A stretch of DNA of 63,246 nucleotides, counting the filler, from a bacterium (GTDB lineage Bacteria > JAJRZV01), in NCBI GenBank assembly GCA_024275095.1. It is 5 parts of 5 records of this genome, joined end to end, with 100 filler letters (N's around TTAATTAATTAA, not from the genome) between each part and the next. Parts side by side here need not be neighbours in the genome. Positions count along the whole stretch, not along the records: positions 33,095 to 51,684 come from JAJRZV010000011.1; positions 51,785 to 58,968 come from JAJRZV010000120.1; positions 59,069 to 63,246 come from JAJRZV010000121.1; 2 more parts are not named here. One strand, written 5' to 3'. Positions 48,960-59,661 of this stretch are shown piece after piece. A program made the translations under genes and the position numbers. The notes under the pieces are model-generated. The model saw only the letters and a program-made list of their open reading frames with translations. It ran no database searches and had not been told where the DNA came from. Within the stretch, counting starts at the first letter, position 1. Each line of letters begins with the position of its first letter.

Positions 48960-51259
48960 GTCGTAAATACCTCAAGTTTATTTTGAAGTACCGCTTTATC
49001 GCAGGAGCGTTTGTGCTCATCGGTACAGTGTTCTTTTTTTACGAATTGATGAACGTAAGAGTTCACACAAACTTTTTTGAACTGTATCCCCCCAGACATC
49101 CTTTTATAAAAGTATACCGTGAATTCAGAAAGCTCTTCGGCACTGCCAATCTTCTCATGGTGGTTATGGAAAGTACCGAGAAGGATATATATTCCGTGGA
49201 ATTTATCAACCGCGTGGATGCTGTTACCCGGTTCCTGATGGACACCAAGGGTGTTAATCCATTCCAGGTTCTCTCACTCACTCATCCTTCCGTGAGAGGA
49301 TTCAGAGCAAGAGGATTTTCCATTGCCTCTGTACCTATTGTGGAGTCATTACCCAAGAGCCAATCCGACCTCATAGAAATCAAGCACAATGTGGAAGGTA
49401 ACCCGGGTATCAAGGGTTTTATTGTCTCACACGACAGCAAAATGGCCCTTGTGGTGGTGGGTTTGTGGGAGGAAGAACTGAATTTTCATTACCTCGATAA
49501 GAGGCTCCGTGAACTTCGGGAGAAGTTCTCAGACAGTCACGTGAAAATTCACATAACCGGTTATCCTGCACTTTACACATGGATCCACAGGTACATGCCC
49601 GACGTGTACAAAGTTTTTGCCTTTACAGCGCTGGCTCTTCTTGTGCTTTTATTTTTCTTTTTTGGTGATAGCCGCGGAGTTGTTATCCCCTTTTCAGCGG
49701 GGTTAATTTCAGCTATCTGGGGTCTGGGGATGGCAGGTGTGGTGGGTTTTGCGGTTGATCCTCTTTTGCTGGTGGTTCCGCTTCTTCTCTCAGCAAGAGC
49801 CCTCAGTCATTCTGTTCAGATTATGGAACGGTACTATGAGGAATATAACCTTTACGAAAACAAAATCTCTGCCATAGAAGGTTCATTTACGCCTCTTATC
49901 AAACCGGCTGTGCTTTCGGTTCTTACAGACGGTATCGGAATACTTACCATTGCTGTTTCCGGCATTCCTCTGATGTGGAAACTCGCTATTTATTCGAGTT
50001 TCTGGATTATCAGTATCCTTGTCGGCGTTCTTACTCTTTCACCCGTGCTTCTCTCCTTTTTTCCACCCCCGCGCAGAGAGGCATTTTTTGTCTCCCGGGG
50101 CATTTACGATAAAGTGCTCCAGTGGCATGTGGGTGTCATCAAAAACGAGAGAAGAGTGAAGTATCTGTTCGTCCTTTTTATCATTCTTGTGGTAGCCGGT
50201 GGATTCGTAGGAATGAAATTGAAAGTTGGGAATGTGACACCGGGCAGTGCCATCCTTTTCGAAGACCATCCTTACAACGTGGCCATGCGCAAAATAAACA
50301 AGGGTTTCGTTGGGGCGAATCGTTTTGTGGTGATTGCGGAAGGTGATGCTCCCGGTGCAGTGAAACGGATTGATAACCTCAAACGCATTGACACCTTTGC
50401 AAGAGAGCTTAAAAAACGAACTGATGCAACTACCACCCTCACATTAACTCAAGCTGTAAAGCGCCTGTACATGCTTTTTCGTGAAGGTGACCCGAACTGG
50501 GAGGTGCTCCCTTACAACGAAAGAGATGTCGGAGCTATAGCCATTACCCTCACACAGGGTAGAGAACTTCAGCGGATGTTTGATAATCAAATGCAGGATG
50601 CAACGATAACCCTTTTCTACAGTGACTTTTCAGGTGATCTCATACGAAAAATTGTAAAGGAAGCCCGATCGCTTTCAGCGAAAATGAGTGATGATCAATT
50701 AAAATTTCGGCTTGCAGGAGGGTTGCTGGGTGTTCTTGCTGCAGTTAATGAAGAAGTGGAAAGATCTTACTGGCTGATACTTTTTACCGTACTTTCCACT
50801 ACATTCGTATTGGTAGCCCTCTTTTTCCGGTCCTTGAAAGTGCCTCTCATTCTTGTTCCTCCCCTGCTTCTCGCCCAGTTTCTTTCCGAAGCATACATGT
50901 ACCTTGCCGGGATTGATATGAACATCAATTCTCTTCCTGTTGCAGCAGTTGGAATCGGCATAGGAATAGATTATGGTATATATGTGTTTTCACGTTTAAA
51001 CGAGGAATTGAACACGGGCAAACCGTTTCTGGCAGCTTTTGAGAAAACTCTCATGACCACAGGCAAAGCTGTTCTTTTTACGGCCAGCACACTGGTGGTT
51101 GGTGTGATTTTCTGGATATTCACACCGCTGAAGTTCACATCAGAGATGGCTGTGCTTCTTGCTCTTCTCATGTTCCTCAATTACGAGGGAGCAGTTATTT
51201 TTGTGCCCGTGCTTGCAAAGGTGATTTTAAGAATTAAGGACCAGGAGGTGAAGCCATGA
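48956..51259 (+). CDS. RND/MMPL family transporter
   Basis: Two TM bundles, ARALSHSVQ, GIGIDYGIY, TTGKAV. Confidence 0.9.
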   Translation: MSRKYLKFILKYRFIAGAFVLIGTVFFFYELMNVRVHTNFFELYPPRHPFIKVYREFRKLFGTANLLMVVMESTEKDIYSVEFINRVDAVTRFLMDTKGVNPFQVLSLTHPSVRGFRARGFSIASVPIVESLPKSQSDLIEIKHNVEGNPGIKGFIVSHDSKMALVVVGLWEEELNFHYLDKRLRELREKFSDSHVKIHITGYPALYTWIHRYMPDVYKVFAFTALALLVLLFFFFGDSRGVVIPFSAGLISAIWGLGMAGVVGFAVDPLLLVVPLLLSARALSHSVQIMERYYEEYNLYENKISAIEGSFTPLIKPAVLSVLTDGIGILTIAVSGIPLMWKLAIYSSFWIISILVGVLTLSPVLLSFFPPPRREAFFVSRGIYDKVLQWHVGVIKNERRVKYLFVLFIILVVAGGFVGMKLKVGNVTPGSAILFEDHPYNVAMRKINKGFVGANRFVVIAEGDAPGAVKRIDNLKRIDTFARELKKRTDATTTLTLTQAVKRLYMLFREGDPNWEVLPYNERDVGAIAITLTQGRELQRMFDNQMQDATITLFYSDFSGDLIRKIVKEARSLSAKMSDDQLKFRLAGGLLGVLAAVNEEVERSYWLILFTVLSTTFVLVALFFRSLKVPLILVPPLLLAQFLSEAYMYLAGIDMNINSLPVAAVGIGIGIDYGIYVFSRLNEELNTGKPFLAAFEKTLMTTGKAVLFTASTLVVGVIFWIFTPLKFTSEMAVLLALLMFLNYEGAVIFVPVLAKVILRIKDQEVKP

Positions 51260-51684
51260 AAAGCAAGTGGCTGTGGACGGTTACAATAGTTGGACTGTTT
51301 ATGATGGGAGTTCCCAGGGCCCAAGGCGTGGTTTTTCTGGACGAGGATAAGGGCATCATGTTCACCATGAAAACCTATACTCAGGTAAGACTGCTCACAC
51401 AGCAACCGGAGGGTTTTCGAGCCGGGTACAACATCGTTGACTTTACCCAGGGAGGTGCCGTTGTTCATGTGAATACCTATGGTATTGGCGCCTGGAGCCT
51501 TTTACAGCACAGGACGTACTTGGAACCACAGCTTAACATGGACCTTTCCAGGCGAGAGCGCATCACTCCAGCGCTTGAGTTTCTCAAGGAAAAGCTCACG
51601 CTGGACCACATCAAATTTTTCATGGGAGTGCGTGTTGAGTATGACGGTATTTATGATTACGGTCCAGATCTCTACCGGACTCGT
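51256..51684 (+). CDS. DUF1302-like outer-membrane protein (truncated by contig end)
   Basis: Signal peptide, RVEYDGIYDYGP, follows YCF48 and RND genes. Confidence 0.6.
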
Positions 51685-51784
51685 NNNNNNNNNNNNNNNN
51701 NNNNNNNNNNNNNNNNNNNNNNNNNNNNTTAATTAATTAANNNNNNNNNNNNNNNNNNNNNNNNNNNNNNNNNNNNNNNNNNNN
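51685..51784. other. Artificial contig linker
   Basis: N44-TTAATTAATTAA-N44. Confidence 0.97.
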
Positions 51785-53281
51785 TTTATTATTGGACGAT
51801 TGAACTTTATCTCTGCATTTCTCTTCGCCATACTGCTGGGGCTGGGGGTGGATTTCGGGATCCACATCTTCTCAAGGTACTTAGAGGAAAGGCACAGGGG
51901 CATACAGGAAGGACTTGTCGAAGCGCTCTACAGAACTTTACCCTCGTGTCTCGCTGCTGCATTTACAACCGCAGCGGCCATGTATGTTCTGGTGCTTTTT
52001 CGGTTCAAAGGTTTTTCAGAATTCGGCATCATTGCGGGCACAGGAGTACTTATCAGTTATTTCTGGTACATATTCTTCTTGCCACCTCTTATTGCCGTTC
52101 TGGAAAAGTTAGGGTTCGTAAAAGACAAGCGGGCCAGCATTTCTTACACAATCGGCAAGTGGATCGCCGGCAAAGAAAGATTGATTACTGTTGCAGGAGC
52201 ATTACTCCTTCTTACATCCGTCTCGTTCCTACCGCGTCTGCACCTGGAAACGGACTTTTCATCGCTCAGAGCAAACCTCCCTTCCACGACCCTGATAAAG
52301 AAGAAAATAGGACGCGTTTTTTCACTCTCAGCCTCACCCGCCATTGTGTTGACATCTTCGTTAAAAGAAATGAGAGATGTAGAGAAAGCAATTCATTTAA
52401 AAATGAAAAATGACCGCACACCCACCATCGACGGATTTCTCTCACTGGCCACGTTGCTGCCCGAGAACCAGGAAGAAAAACTCCGTATTATTCGGAAAAT
52501 GGATTCGCTTTTCAGCACTGAAATCATCAACGAACTCTCCGGCAAAAACCGGGACGATGCGCTCCGATTGAAGAAACTTCTTTCGGTACGCAAGCCTGTA
52601 ACCATAAACGACATCCCTCAAACCATTCTGCAACGGTTCACCGACCGTGACGGAAACGTGGGCACCGTTGGGTACATATATCCTTCCGTGCCTCTTGTTC
52701 GTCACGACAAGGCATTACAATTCAAAGAAGACGTGCTCGACATACATGCACCTTCGGGTAAAACTTACCACGCAGCCAACGACAACATCGTTCTGGCTGA
52801 CCTTTACAGGCTGGTAATCCTTGAAGGTCGCTATACCTCCATAATAGTACTTCTGGCCATTTTCTTTATCACCGTCATCACCTTCAAGAGTCTAAAAACA
52901 GCGGTCCTGGTCAACCTTCCTCTATGGGCAGGACTTGCCGGGGCACTTGGAATTCACACGGCCCTCGGGGGAAAACTTAATCTCTTCAACCTTATCGTGA
53001 TCCCCGTACTTCTGGGAATAGGTATTGATAATTCCATTCACCTGACCAAACGAATCCTAAACACCGGTGACCTTGCAAAGGCGCTATCGACCACAGGAGC
53101 CGCTTCGTTTTATACCACCGTAACCACGGCTGTGGGATTCGGCAGTCTTGCCACTGCTTACCACCAGGCCCTTAAATCCATCGGCGTTCTGGCTCTTGAA
53201 GGGCTCTTTGTGATGCTACTGTTTACACTTATTATCTTCCCACCCTTTACGTACCGCCTTTTAAAAAACAAGATGGATTGA
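51785..53281 (+). CDS. MMPL/RND transporter, C-terminal part (continuation of the gene starting at 62022)
   Basis: GLGVDFGIH, GIGIDNSIH; 51785-52121 matches 62910-63246. Confidence 0.9.
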   Translation, partial: FIIGRLNFISAFLFAILLGLGVDFGIHIFSRYLEERHRGIQEGLVEALYRTLPSCLAAAFTTAAAMYVLVLFRFKGFSEFGIIAGTGVLISYFWYIFFLPPLIAVLEKLGFVKDKRASISYTIGKWIAGKERLITVAGALLLLTSVSFLPRLHLETDFSSLRANLPSTTLIKKKIGRVFSLSASPAIVLTSSLKEMRDVEKAIHLKMKNDRTPTIDGFLSLATLLPENQEEKLRIIRKMDSLFSTEIINELSGKNRDDALRLKKLLSVRKPVTINDIPQTILQRFTDRDGNVGTVGYIYPSVPLVRHDKALQFKEDVLDIHAPSGKTYHAANDNIVLADLYRLVILEGRYTSIIVLLAIFFITVITFKSLKTAVLVNLPLWAGLAGALGIHTALGGKLNLFNLIVIPVLLGIGIDNSIHLTKRILNTGDLAKALSTTGAASFYTTVTTAVGFGSLATAYHQALKSIGVLALEGLFVMLLFTLIIFPPFTYRLLKNKMD

Positions 53282-53285
53282 ATCC

Positions 53286-54407
53286 ATGGCAATTCTCGCT
53301 ATCGAAGCAAGGCGCCTCGGAAGTGAACAAACAGGCATAGGGCATTATCTCCGGTGGTGCCTCAGTGACCTGCTTGCGCATACACCACCTGGAGATAGGG
53401 TGGTGCTTTACGCGTTCAGGAAAGTGAAGTTCTCTACTCCAAATCACGCAATTATGCGCACAGGCAGATTTACATTTTTACCAAATACTGTATGGATTCA
53501 TACAGAGATTCCTTTATGGTCGCGCCTTGACAGGATTGATTCACTCTGGTGCCCTGCCCAAATCGCGCCCTTTTTTATGCCCGAGCGTGTAAAGATCATT
53601 CTTACAGTCCACGACCTCATCCCCATAATCGCACCACATCTCTCGTCGCGTTTATACCGGTGGTATATGGGTCACCTGATCCCTTCCTCGGTGCGCAAAG
53701 CACAACACGTCTTCACCATAAGCCACGCTTCCAAAAGGGATCTTGTCGAACACATGGGGGTAAAAGAAGAAAACATCACGGTCGTGTATCCTCCAATACC
53801 CCCTCATTTCAAGCCGCATAACATGGAGGAAAGTCGGCATTATGTAAAACGAAAATTGGGAGTTTCTAAGCCTTTTTTCCTGTTTGTCGGCAGGTTCGAA
53901 CCGCGCAAGAACCTGACAGGTATCATTGAGGCAATGAAGCTCATACGAGACCGCAGAGGCGAACTCCCGTTTTCACTCATAGCAGTAGGGAATAAGGGCT
54001 GGCGTACTGAAGAAATTTTAAAAGAAGCAAACGTTCTTGGAAATGACTTCATCCCCGCCTTCAACGTGAAAAGTGAACTGCTGCTCGCACTGTACTCCTC
54101 GTGTGTCGCGTTAGTACTTCCTTCATTTTACGAGGGTTTCGGATTGCCTCTCGCTGAAGCAATGGCCTGTGGCTCACCGGTAATCACGTCCAACATTAGT
54201 GCCTGCCCGGAGGTGGCAGGAGAAGCAGGGATCATTATCAACCCCCGAGAGCCCGAAGAAATAGCAGGTGCAATGGAAACGCTGATTGATAACAAACACC
54301 TGCGTGATTCCCTTGCATCCAAAGCTCTCCACCGCATTGCTGAAATCAGGCAGTCCGCCAAGGGCTTTGGGAGGCGACTCTGGGAGGTGGTACATGAAAA
54401 AGCCTGA
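53286..54407 (+). CDS. GT4 glycosyltransferase
   Basis: TVHDL, EPRKN, PSFYEGFGLPLAEAMACG. Confidence 0.93.
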   Translation: MAILAIEARRLGSEQTGIGHYLRWCLSDLLAHTPPGDRVVLYAFRKVKFSTPNHAIMRTGRFTFLPNTVWIHTEIPLWSRLDRIDSLWCPAQIAPFFMPERVKIILTVHDLIPIIAPHLSSRLYRWYMGHLIPSSVRKAQHVFTISHASKRDLVEHMGVKEENITVVYPPIPPHFKPHNMEESRHYVKRKLGVSKPFFLFVGRFEPRKNLTGIIEAMKLIRDRRGELPFSLIAVGNKGWRTEEILKEANVLGNDFIPAFNVKSELLLALYSSCVALVLPSFYEGFGLPLAEAMACGSPVITSNISACPEVAGEAGIIINPREPEEIAGAMETLIDNKHLRDSLASKALHRIAEIRQSAKGFGRRLWEVVHEKA

Positions 54408-55080
54408 GAACTCATCCGTCCAAAAAAACAAAAAAGCTCTCATTAAACACGAAAGCATCGAACACTACCTGACTGACAAGTACATGAGTCCCCAGCGGTT
54501 TCAGGTGTATTGGGAACAGATCAAACTTATCCACTCGCTCAAACCTTCTCGTGTGCTTGAAATTGGTATAGGCAACAGCTTTGTGTTCGAATTTCTGAGG
54601 CAAGGCGGCATCCAGTGCACGGGAATAGATATTGACATCCGGACAAAGCCCCCTGTAGTAGGAGATGTTCTGCACCTGCCCTTTAAAAACGAATCATTTG
54701 ATGTGGTGGCGTGTTTCGAGGTGCTCGAACACATTCCGTTTGAGCATTTTTCCGCTGCACTACGAGAATTAAGACGGGTATCACAGAAAACCGTGCTCAT
54801 TTCCATACCACACCATATCATCTGTCACATTCGATGGTTTCAGTTCACGCGGTGGTTTTCCCTTGGCGTGTGTCTGTCCGTTCCCAAACTCCGCAATGTA
54901 AAATACGACGAGAAGTCACCTCACTTCTGGGAAATCGGTAAATATTCTGTACCTTTAAAATTGGTCCTTAAATCAATGCACTCGTCAGGATTCAAAATCA
55001 TTCGTCATTACATTCTCAAATTCTGGCCTTACCATCGTTTTTTCATCCTGGGAAAAACACCCGATATTCAGGAACATTAG
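54394..55080 (+). CDS. Class I SAM-dependent methyltransferase
   Basis: VLEIGIG, LPFKNESFD, EVLEH, HFWEIG. Confidence 0.88.
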   Translation: MKKPENSSVQKNKKALIKHESIEHYLTDKYMSPQRFQVYWEQIKLIHSLKPSRVLEIGIGNSFVFEFLRQGGIQCTGIDIDIRTKPPVVGDVLHLPFKNESFDVVACFEVLEHIPFEHFSAALRELRRVSQKTVLISIPHHIICHIRWFQFTRWFSLGVCLSVPKLRNVKYDEKSPHFWEIGKYSVPLKLVLKSMHSSGFKIIRHYILKFWPYHRFFILGKTPDIQEH

Positions 55081-56192
55081 AAACCTCCTCTTACCTCTCT
55101 AAACACATTCAAAAGATGGTCAACGTGTCTGTCCCAGGTAAACTTCTCACACGTGACCTCTCTACCGCGAAAAGCCATTGCAGCTGCTTTATCTCTGTCA
55201 CTCAAAATTTCTTCAATAACCCGTGCAATACTTTCTGCATTTCCAGGAGGCACCATTCTCAGGTGTACCCCATCGCTGTAAAGTTCACGAATGTTCGGAG
55301 AATCCGTGGTTATCACCGCCTTTCCCATTCCCAGATACTCAAAAACCTTGAGCGGGTCAAAGAGGAGCCTGCCTGTCTTTTTCATTTCAGGATGGCCTGA
55401 AGGGTCATACACGGCGAAGCAGATATCACAGGCTGCAATATACTCCGGGACCCTCTCGTAAGGCACACGGCCGGTGAACACAAAAGAATCCTCCAGGCCC
55501 CGGTGTCTTACTTCCTCTTCCAGTTTTTTCCTGACCTTTCCATCTCCAACCAGCAAAAACTTTACATCGTGACGTTTCAAGATTTCTGCCACATCGGGCA
55601 GTACCTCAAGCCCGTGCCATGGATAAAAACCTCCTGCGTATCCCACGATGTAATGCCCTTCCAGTTTGTATGCCTTCAGGATGTGATCACCTTTTACTTC
55701 GGGATGAAAACGTGCGGGATTGAATCCCCAGAACACACGTTCTGTTTTATATTGGTAACGTGACGGAATCAATTCCGGCCTTGTGGTCACAATTTTATCA
55801 GCCAGCTGCAGAGAGAGTGGGTGCATGTCCTGATCAAGGACCATCGTGACCAGAGGTTTTCTCAACACCGTTTTAAGCATGGCCCCGAGACCGTAAGCTG
55901 AGAACCTCTCATATATAACGTCCGGCCCAAAACGCTTTGCCGCTCTTATTACAAGCGGCAAATAAAAAGCGGGTAACACCCACTTGACCACAGGGGGAGA
56001 GCCGATACCAACAGGAACAACACCCTTACCAGCAGAACCCCTCCGGGCAATAAGCATCACGTCTTCGCACTTTTTCCTTAAATGCGAAAACACCTCCAGC
56101 ACGTGAGTACTTCCCCCGTGAGTTCCCGGGACACGAATGTTCGGGGCGAGGAAAAGAACCTTCACCAGTCCTCCTCGTGTCTCAAAGTCCAT
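55077..56192 (-). CDS. GT4 glycosyltransferase
   Basis: GGSTH, YERF, PWHG, PLKVFEYLGMG; real start may be GTG 56165. Confidence 0.9.
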   Translation of the reverse strand: MDFETRGGLVKVLFLAPNIRVPGTHGGSTHVLEVFSHLRKKCEDVMLIARRGSAGKGVVPVGIGSPPVVKWVLPAFYLPLVIRAAKRFGPDVIYERFSAYGLGAMLKTVLRKPLVTMVLDQDMHPLSLQLADKIVTTRPELIPSRYQYKTERVFWGFNPARFHPEVKGDHILKAYKLEGHYIVGYAGGFYPWHGLEVLPDVAEILKRHDVKFLLVGDGKVRKKLEEEVRHRGLEDSFVFTGRVPYERVPEYIAACDICFAVYDPSGHPEMKKTGRLLFDPLKVFEYLGMGKAVITTDSPNIRELYSDGVHLRMVPPGNAESIARVIEEILSDRDKAAAMAFRGREVTCEKFTWDRHVDHLLNVFREVRGGF

Positions 56193-57655
56193 CTGTAAAT
56201 GAGGAAAAAGTAAATTCCTATAAATGGTACAAGAAAAACGATCAATTCCACTACGTAGTTTAATTCAATCGGTAAAAGAGAGATACTCCATTCAATCACC
56301 AGCGCCAGTACAGCCGCCAGCACAAGTGTAACCCACTGAACTTTTATGAACGGCCACACTCGAAAGCGTTTTCGGAGATAATATACCAGGGGAATCTTGG
56401 AAAGTGCTGTCCCCGCGGAAGTAGAAAGCGCTGCCCCCATAATTCCCCAGGCAGGAATAAACAAAAAACCACATATACTTCTCACCACAAGGTCAAACGT
56501 TGCTGCACCGAGGGAATAGGCTGGTTTTCCAACAATCGCTGTAACCTGAAACGCCTGGCCGAGCGAATTACTGATAAAATGAGCGATCGAAAGCACCACC
56601 AGGGCTCCGTAAGCCCCACCGTAGGCGCTGCCAAAAAGAAAGAGCACATTCTTTCCGTAGATTAAAAAAGTCAAAAGCACCGGAGTACTGAAGAGAAAAA
56701 TGAGAAACGAAGAATGACGGTAACTCTTGCCAAGTTTTTCGAATTCTCCATTGTAGTGAAGTTCTGAAATTACAGGCGAAAGAATGGGATTGAAAGCTGT
56801 TCGTATTTTGCCAAACATATAAGCGATCTCCACAGCGAGTGCATAAACACCCACTTCTTTTGCTTTGAGAAAATATCCAGCGATAAGAAGATCTATTTTT
56901 CTCAGTCCACCCGCCAATACATTCATCCCTCCCAGGTAAAGAGAATAACGAACCACCCTCGTGTCAAAAGAAAGAGCTTCAAACAATGCTCCCCACGATA
57001 CGGGAAATTTCGTTGTGAAAAAGTAGGTGGCGAGAACAAGGCTCACGGCAGATGCCGCAGGATAAGCGATAAAAGGACCAATCTTATGCGTAAGCGGAAT
57101 AAAATAAAAAATCACCAGAAAAAGAACCATGTTGATAGGTTCCAGAAAATCCAGAGTGAGCACATGGTATTCCATTCTTTTTAACGCCCGGGTATGAGCA
57201 AGAAGAATTCTGGAAAGGCTGACCGTAGCCACAAGGGGGAGCATCAGCGGCAATGCTGGCCAGATGTTTCCCGAACGAAAGTAATGCTTCTGTATCAGCG
57301 GCGCAAGAGCATACATGCCAATGACAAATCCGACCGAAGTGATGAACACAAATCCAACAACAGTCCTGATGGTCGTGTGCAATTTTTCCCTGTCGCGAAT
57401 GCGTCCCGGTACATATTTAAAACACGCGTCTTCCATTCCAAAAAGTGCCAGCGATTGCAAGAACTCAACAATCGCCAGCGACACAGAAAAAGCAGCAAAC
57501 ACTTCCACGCTGTAAAATTTCGTCATCAGGAAAATAAACGCTGGCCTGAGTATGCGGGATATATTCCCTGAAATGTTAATGAGAAAACCTTTTAGAAGCA
57601 CCTGACGTTCGCCACTACCTGACACCTGCAACCTCTTTCTGCCGTGTTGACGCAA
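56162..57655 (-). CDS. Wzx-like flippase (MOP superfamily)
   Basis: 12-14 TM segments, IDLLI..EVGVYALA, WGIMGAA. Confidence 0.85.
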   Translation of the reverse strand: MRQHGRKRLQVSGSGERQVLLKGFLINISGNISRILRPAFIFLMTKFYSVEVFAAFSVSLAIVEFLQSLALFGMEDACFKYVPGRIRDREKLHTTIRTVVGFVFITSVGFVIGMYALAPLIQKHYFRSGNIWPALPLMLPLVATVSLSRILLAHTRALKRMEYHVLTLDFLEPINMVLFLVIFYFIPLTHKIGPFIAYPAASAVSLVLATYFFTTKFPVSWGALFEALSFDTRVVRYSLYLGGMNVLAGGLRKIDLLIAGYFLKAKEVGVYALAVEIAYMFGKIRTAFNPILSPVISELHYNGEFEKLGKSYRHSSFLIFLFSTPVLLTFLIYGKNVLFLFGSAYGGAYGALVVLSIAHFISNSLGQAFQVTAIVGKPAYSLGAATFDLVVRSICGFLFIPAWGIMGAALSTSAGTALSKIPLVYYLRKRFRVWPFIKVQWVTLVLAAVLALVIEWSISLLPIELNYVVELIVFLVPFIGIYFFLIYRWTLRHEEDW

Positions 57656-58036
57656 TTATAAGAGAAAACGGCAGACAACGAACACTTAATAGTCACTTGA
57701 CAGGCTGGAAATTTATCCTGAATTTGAGATTAAATTTAAAATCCTGCTTCATTAAGTTTTTTGTTTTATTTTCCAAAAGATGTCCGAGAGGACAAGGTGG
57801 GAGCACCCTTATAAAAAGGATCGATCAAGCGGGGGGATCGGTCCTGTGGCGGGTGCTCCCAAATAACACTTTCGTTCTATCGCAACTTTTTATCAACACA
57901 AAACCGTTAATCTTCTTGCCAAAATGAATGAGGGTTGGTAAATGTTGGCCATAATGGCAATATTTTGTGAATGCAATTCATTTTTATTCGCACAACTGTA
58001 TTAAAAATCGCTGGAACCCTGGTGAAAACCCGGTGA

Positions 58037-58968
58037 ATGCACATAATCTCAAAGAAACAAAAAAACAGATATGTTAAACTTCATACCGTGCTGGGAAGAT
58101 ACATCAATGTCCGTCAAACATTAATCTTTTTGGGCCTTTTTCTCCCGGTAAACATCCTCCTTTCCATTGTCCAGGCATCCAAAATCTCGGGTGATTTGTA
58201 TCTTGAAAACATTCCCTGGAGCACCTTTTTCACACTTGCCGGGAATGCATTCTTTATATCCGCTCGCTTCTCATTACCTCTCACAGCCTTTCTCGCAGCT
58301 TTCATAACAGCAGGCTTGATGGCCGAAAACCGTGAAATCCAGGCCCTGCTTTCCCTCGGTGTATCCAAGAAAAGGTTTATGGCCTGGTTTCTGTTTTTCC
58401 CTGCTGTTGCTTCCGTTACGGGAATAATCAACGATTTCTACATAGCCCCCAAACAATTCACCGCTCTCAAGTACAAGCTGGCAGATATGGTTGCCGTTAA
58501 CATCGAGGACATTTTGAAAAACGCTGGTAATTTCCAGGTAGGGCCTTCTATTCTGCTGGCTTACGAACAAAACTCTAACAATTTTCTCCTTGCGCTTTCA
58601 GAAAAAGGTACATGGGCGGTACTCGCAGGTCGTAAAATCCATGCTCAGTTTCGCAAAGACGAATTTAGCGTCCAAATGGAAAACGTAAATGGTTACTTTG
58701 TATCCCGAAAAAGTCCCAACGAGATTTTTCGCATTAAATCTGACTCATATTCAGTAAAAATTAACGCCAAAAGAGCTTTTCCTCGAGTATTTGAACTTTA
58801 TCTGAACGAAATTACTTTAAAAGGATTACTCAAAAAACACCGAACCAAAACACCGCCTTATATTCCGACTGAATTCTGGAAAAGGTGTGCGATGTCCATC
58901 ATGCCCTTTCTTTTCGCTTTGCCGGCTCTGTGGTGCGCCGTCTTTTTTGGGGAAAGCTGGAAGGAAAA
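58037..58968 (+). CDS. LptF/LptG family permease (truncated by contig end)
   Basis: LPL...LMAENREIQALLSLGVS, EFWKRCAMS. Confidence 0.75.
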
Positions 58969-59068
58969 NNNNNNNNNNNNNNNNNNNNNNNNNNNNNNNN
59001 NNNNNNNNNNNNTTAATTAATTAANNNNNNNNNNNNNNNNNNNNNNNNNNNNNNNNNNNNNNNNNNNN
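58969..59068. other. Artificial contig linker
   Basis: N44-TTAATTAATTAA-N44. Confidence 0.97.
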
Positions 59069-59587
59069 CCCGGGAAGTCCCACCATTACATCCGCTGATA
59101 CACAGGTAAACCCCTCTTCAAGAGCCTCCGTTAACAGGGCGTACGCCTGTTGTTCCGTATGAATCCGCTCCAGAAATCGAAGTTTCCACGAATTAAAGGA
59201 TTGAACACCTATGCTGATCCTGTTGACCCTCAGTGCCCGTAGCACGCGCAGTTCTTCACGGTTGATTGTGCCAGGATTCACCTCTACGGTGATTTCGCAC
59301 TCATCCCTCAGGGGGACTTCCGCAAGCACCTTCTCAAAAAATACCAGCGGCATGAGCGAAGGCGTTCCGCCCCCGAAATATACTGTTTGCACAGATTGCA
59401 GAAATCCGGCATTTCTCCAGCGTTTTAATTCTTCAATAACACAACGGGAAAAAAGGCGAACCAGCTCCTCTTCAACAGGCTCTGAATAAAAAGCACAATA
59501 CGGACACTTCTTCAAACAAAACGGCACATGAATGTAAAGGTGCGAAACATTTTTTCGTTCATTCTGAACTTTCTTCACTGTCTGCAC
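59069..59587 (-). CDS. hemW: Radical SAM heme chaperone HemW / HemN-like (truncated by contig end)
   Basis: LYIHVPFCLKKCPYCAF, YFGGGTPS, EVNP, RISIGVQSF. Confidence 0.88.
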
Positions 59588-59661
59588 AAAAAATACTGCT
59601 TCAATATTTGCAAAAATCCTCTTTTACTCAATATAATCATGGCAAAATACAGTTGCTAACC

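Noticed and set aside
10082-55080. Complete reassignment of TAG to a sense codon
   Set aside because: TAG ends several genes at their expected C-termini (metG, bactofilin, mrcA, methyltransferase, MFS, the 28452 ORF), and no CUA-anticodon tRNA is in the window. Only partial readthrough or error remains plausible.
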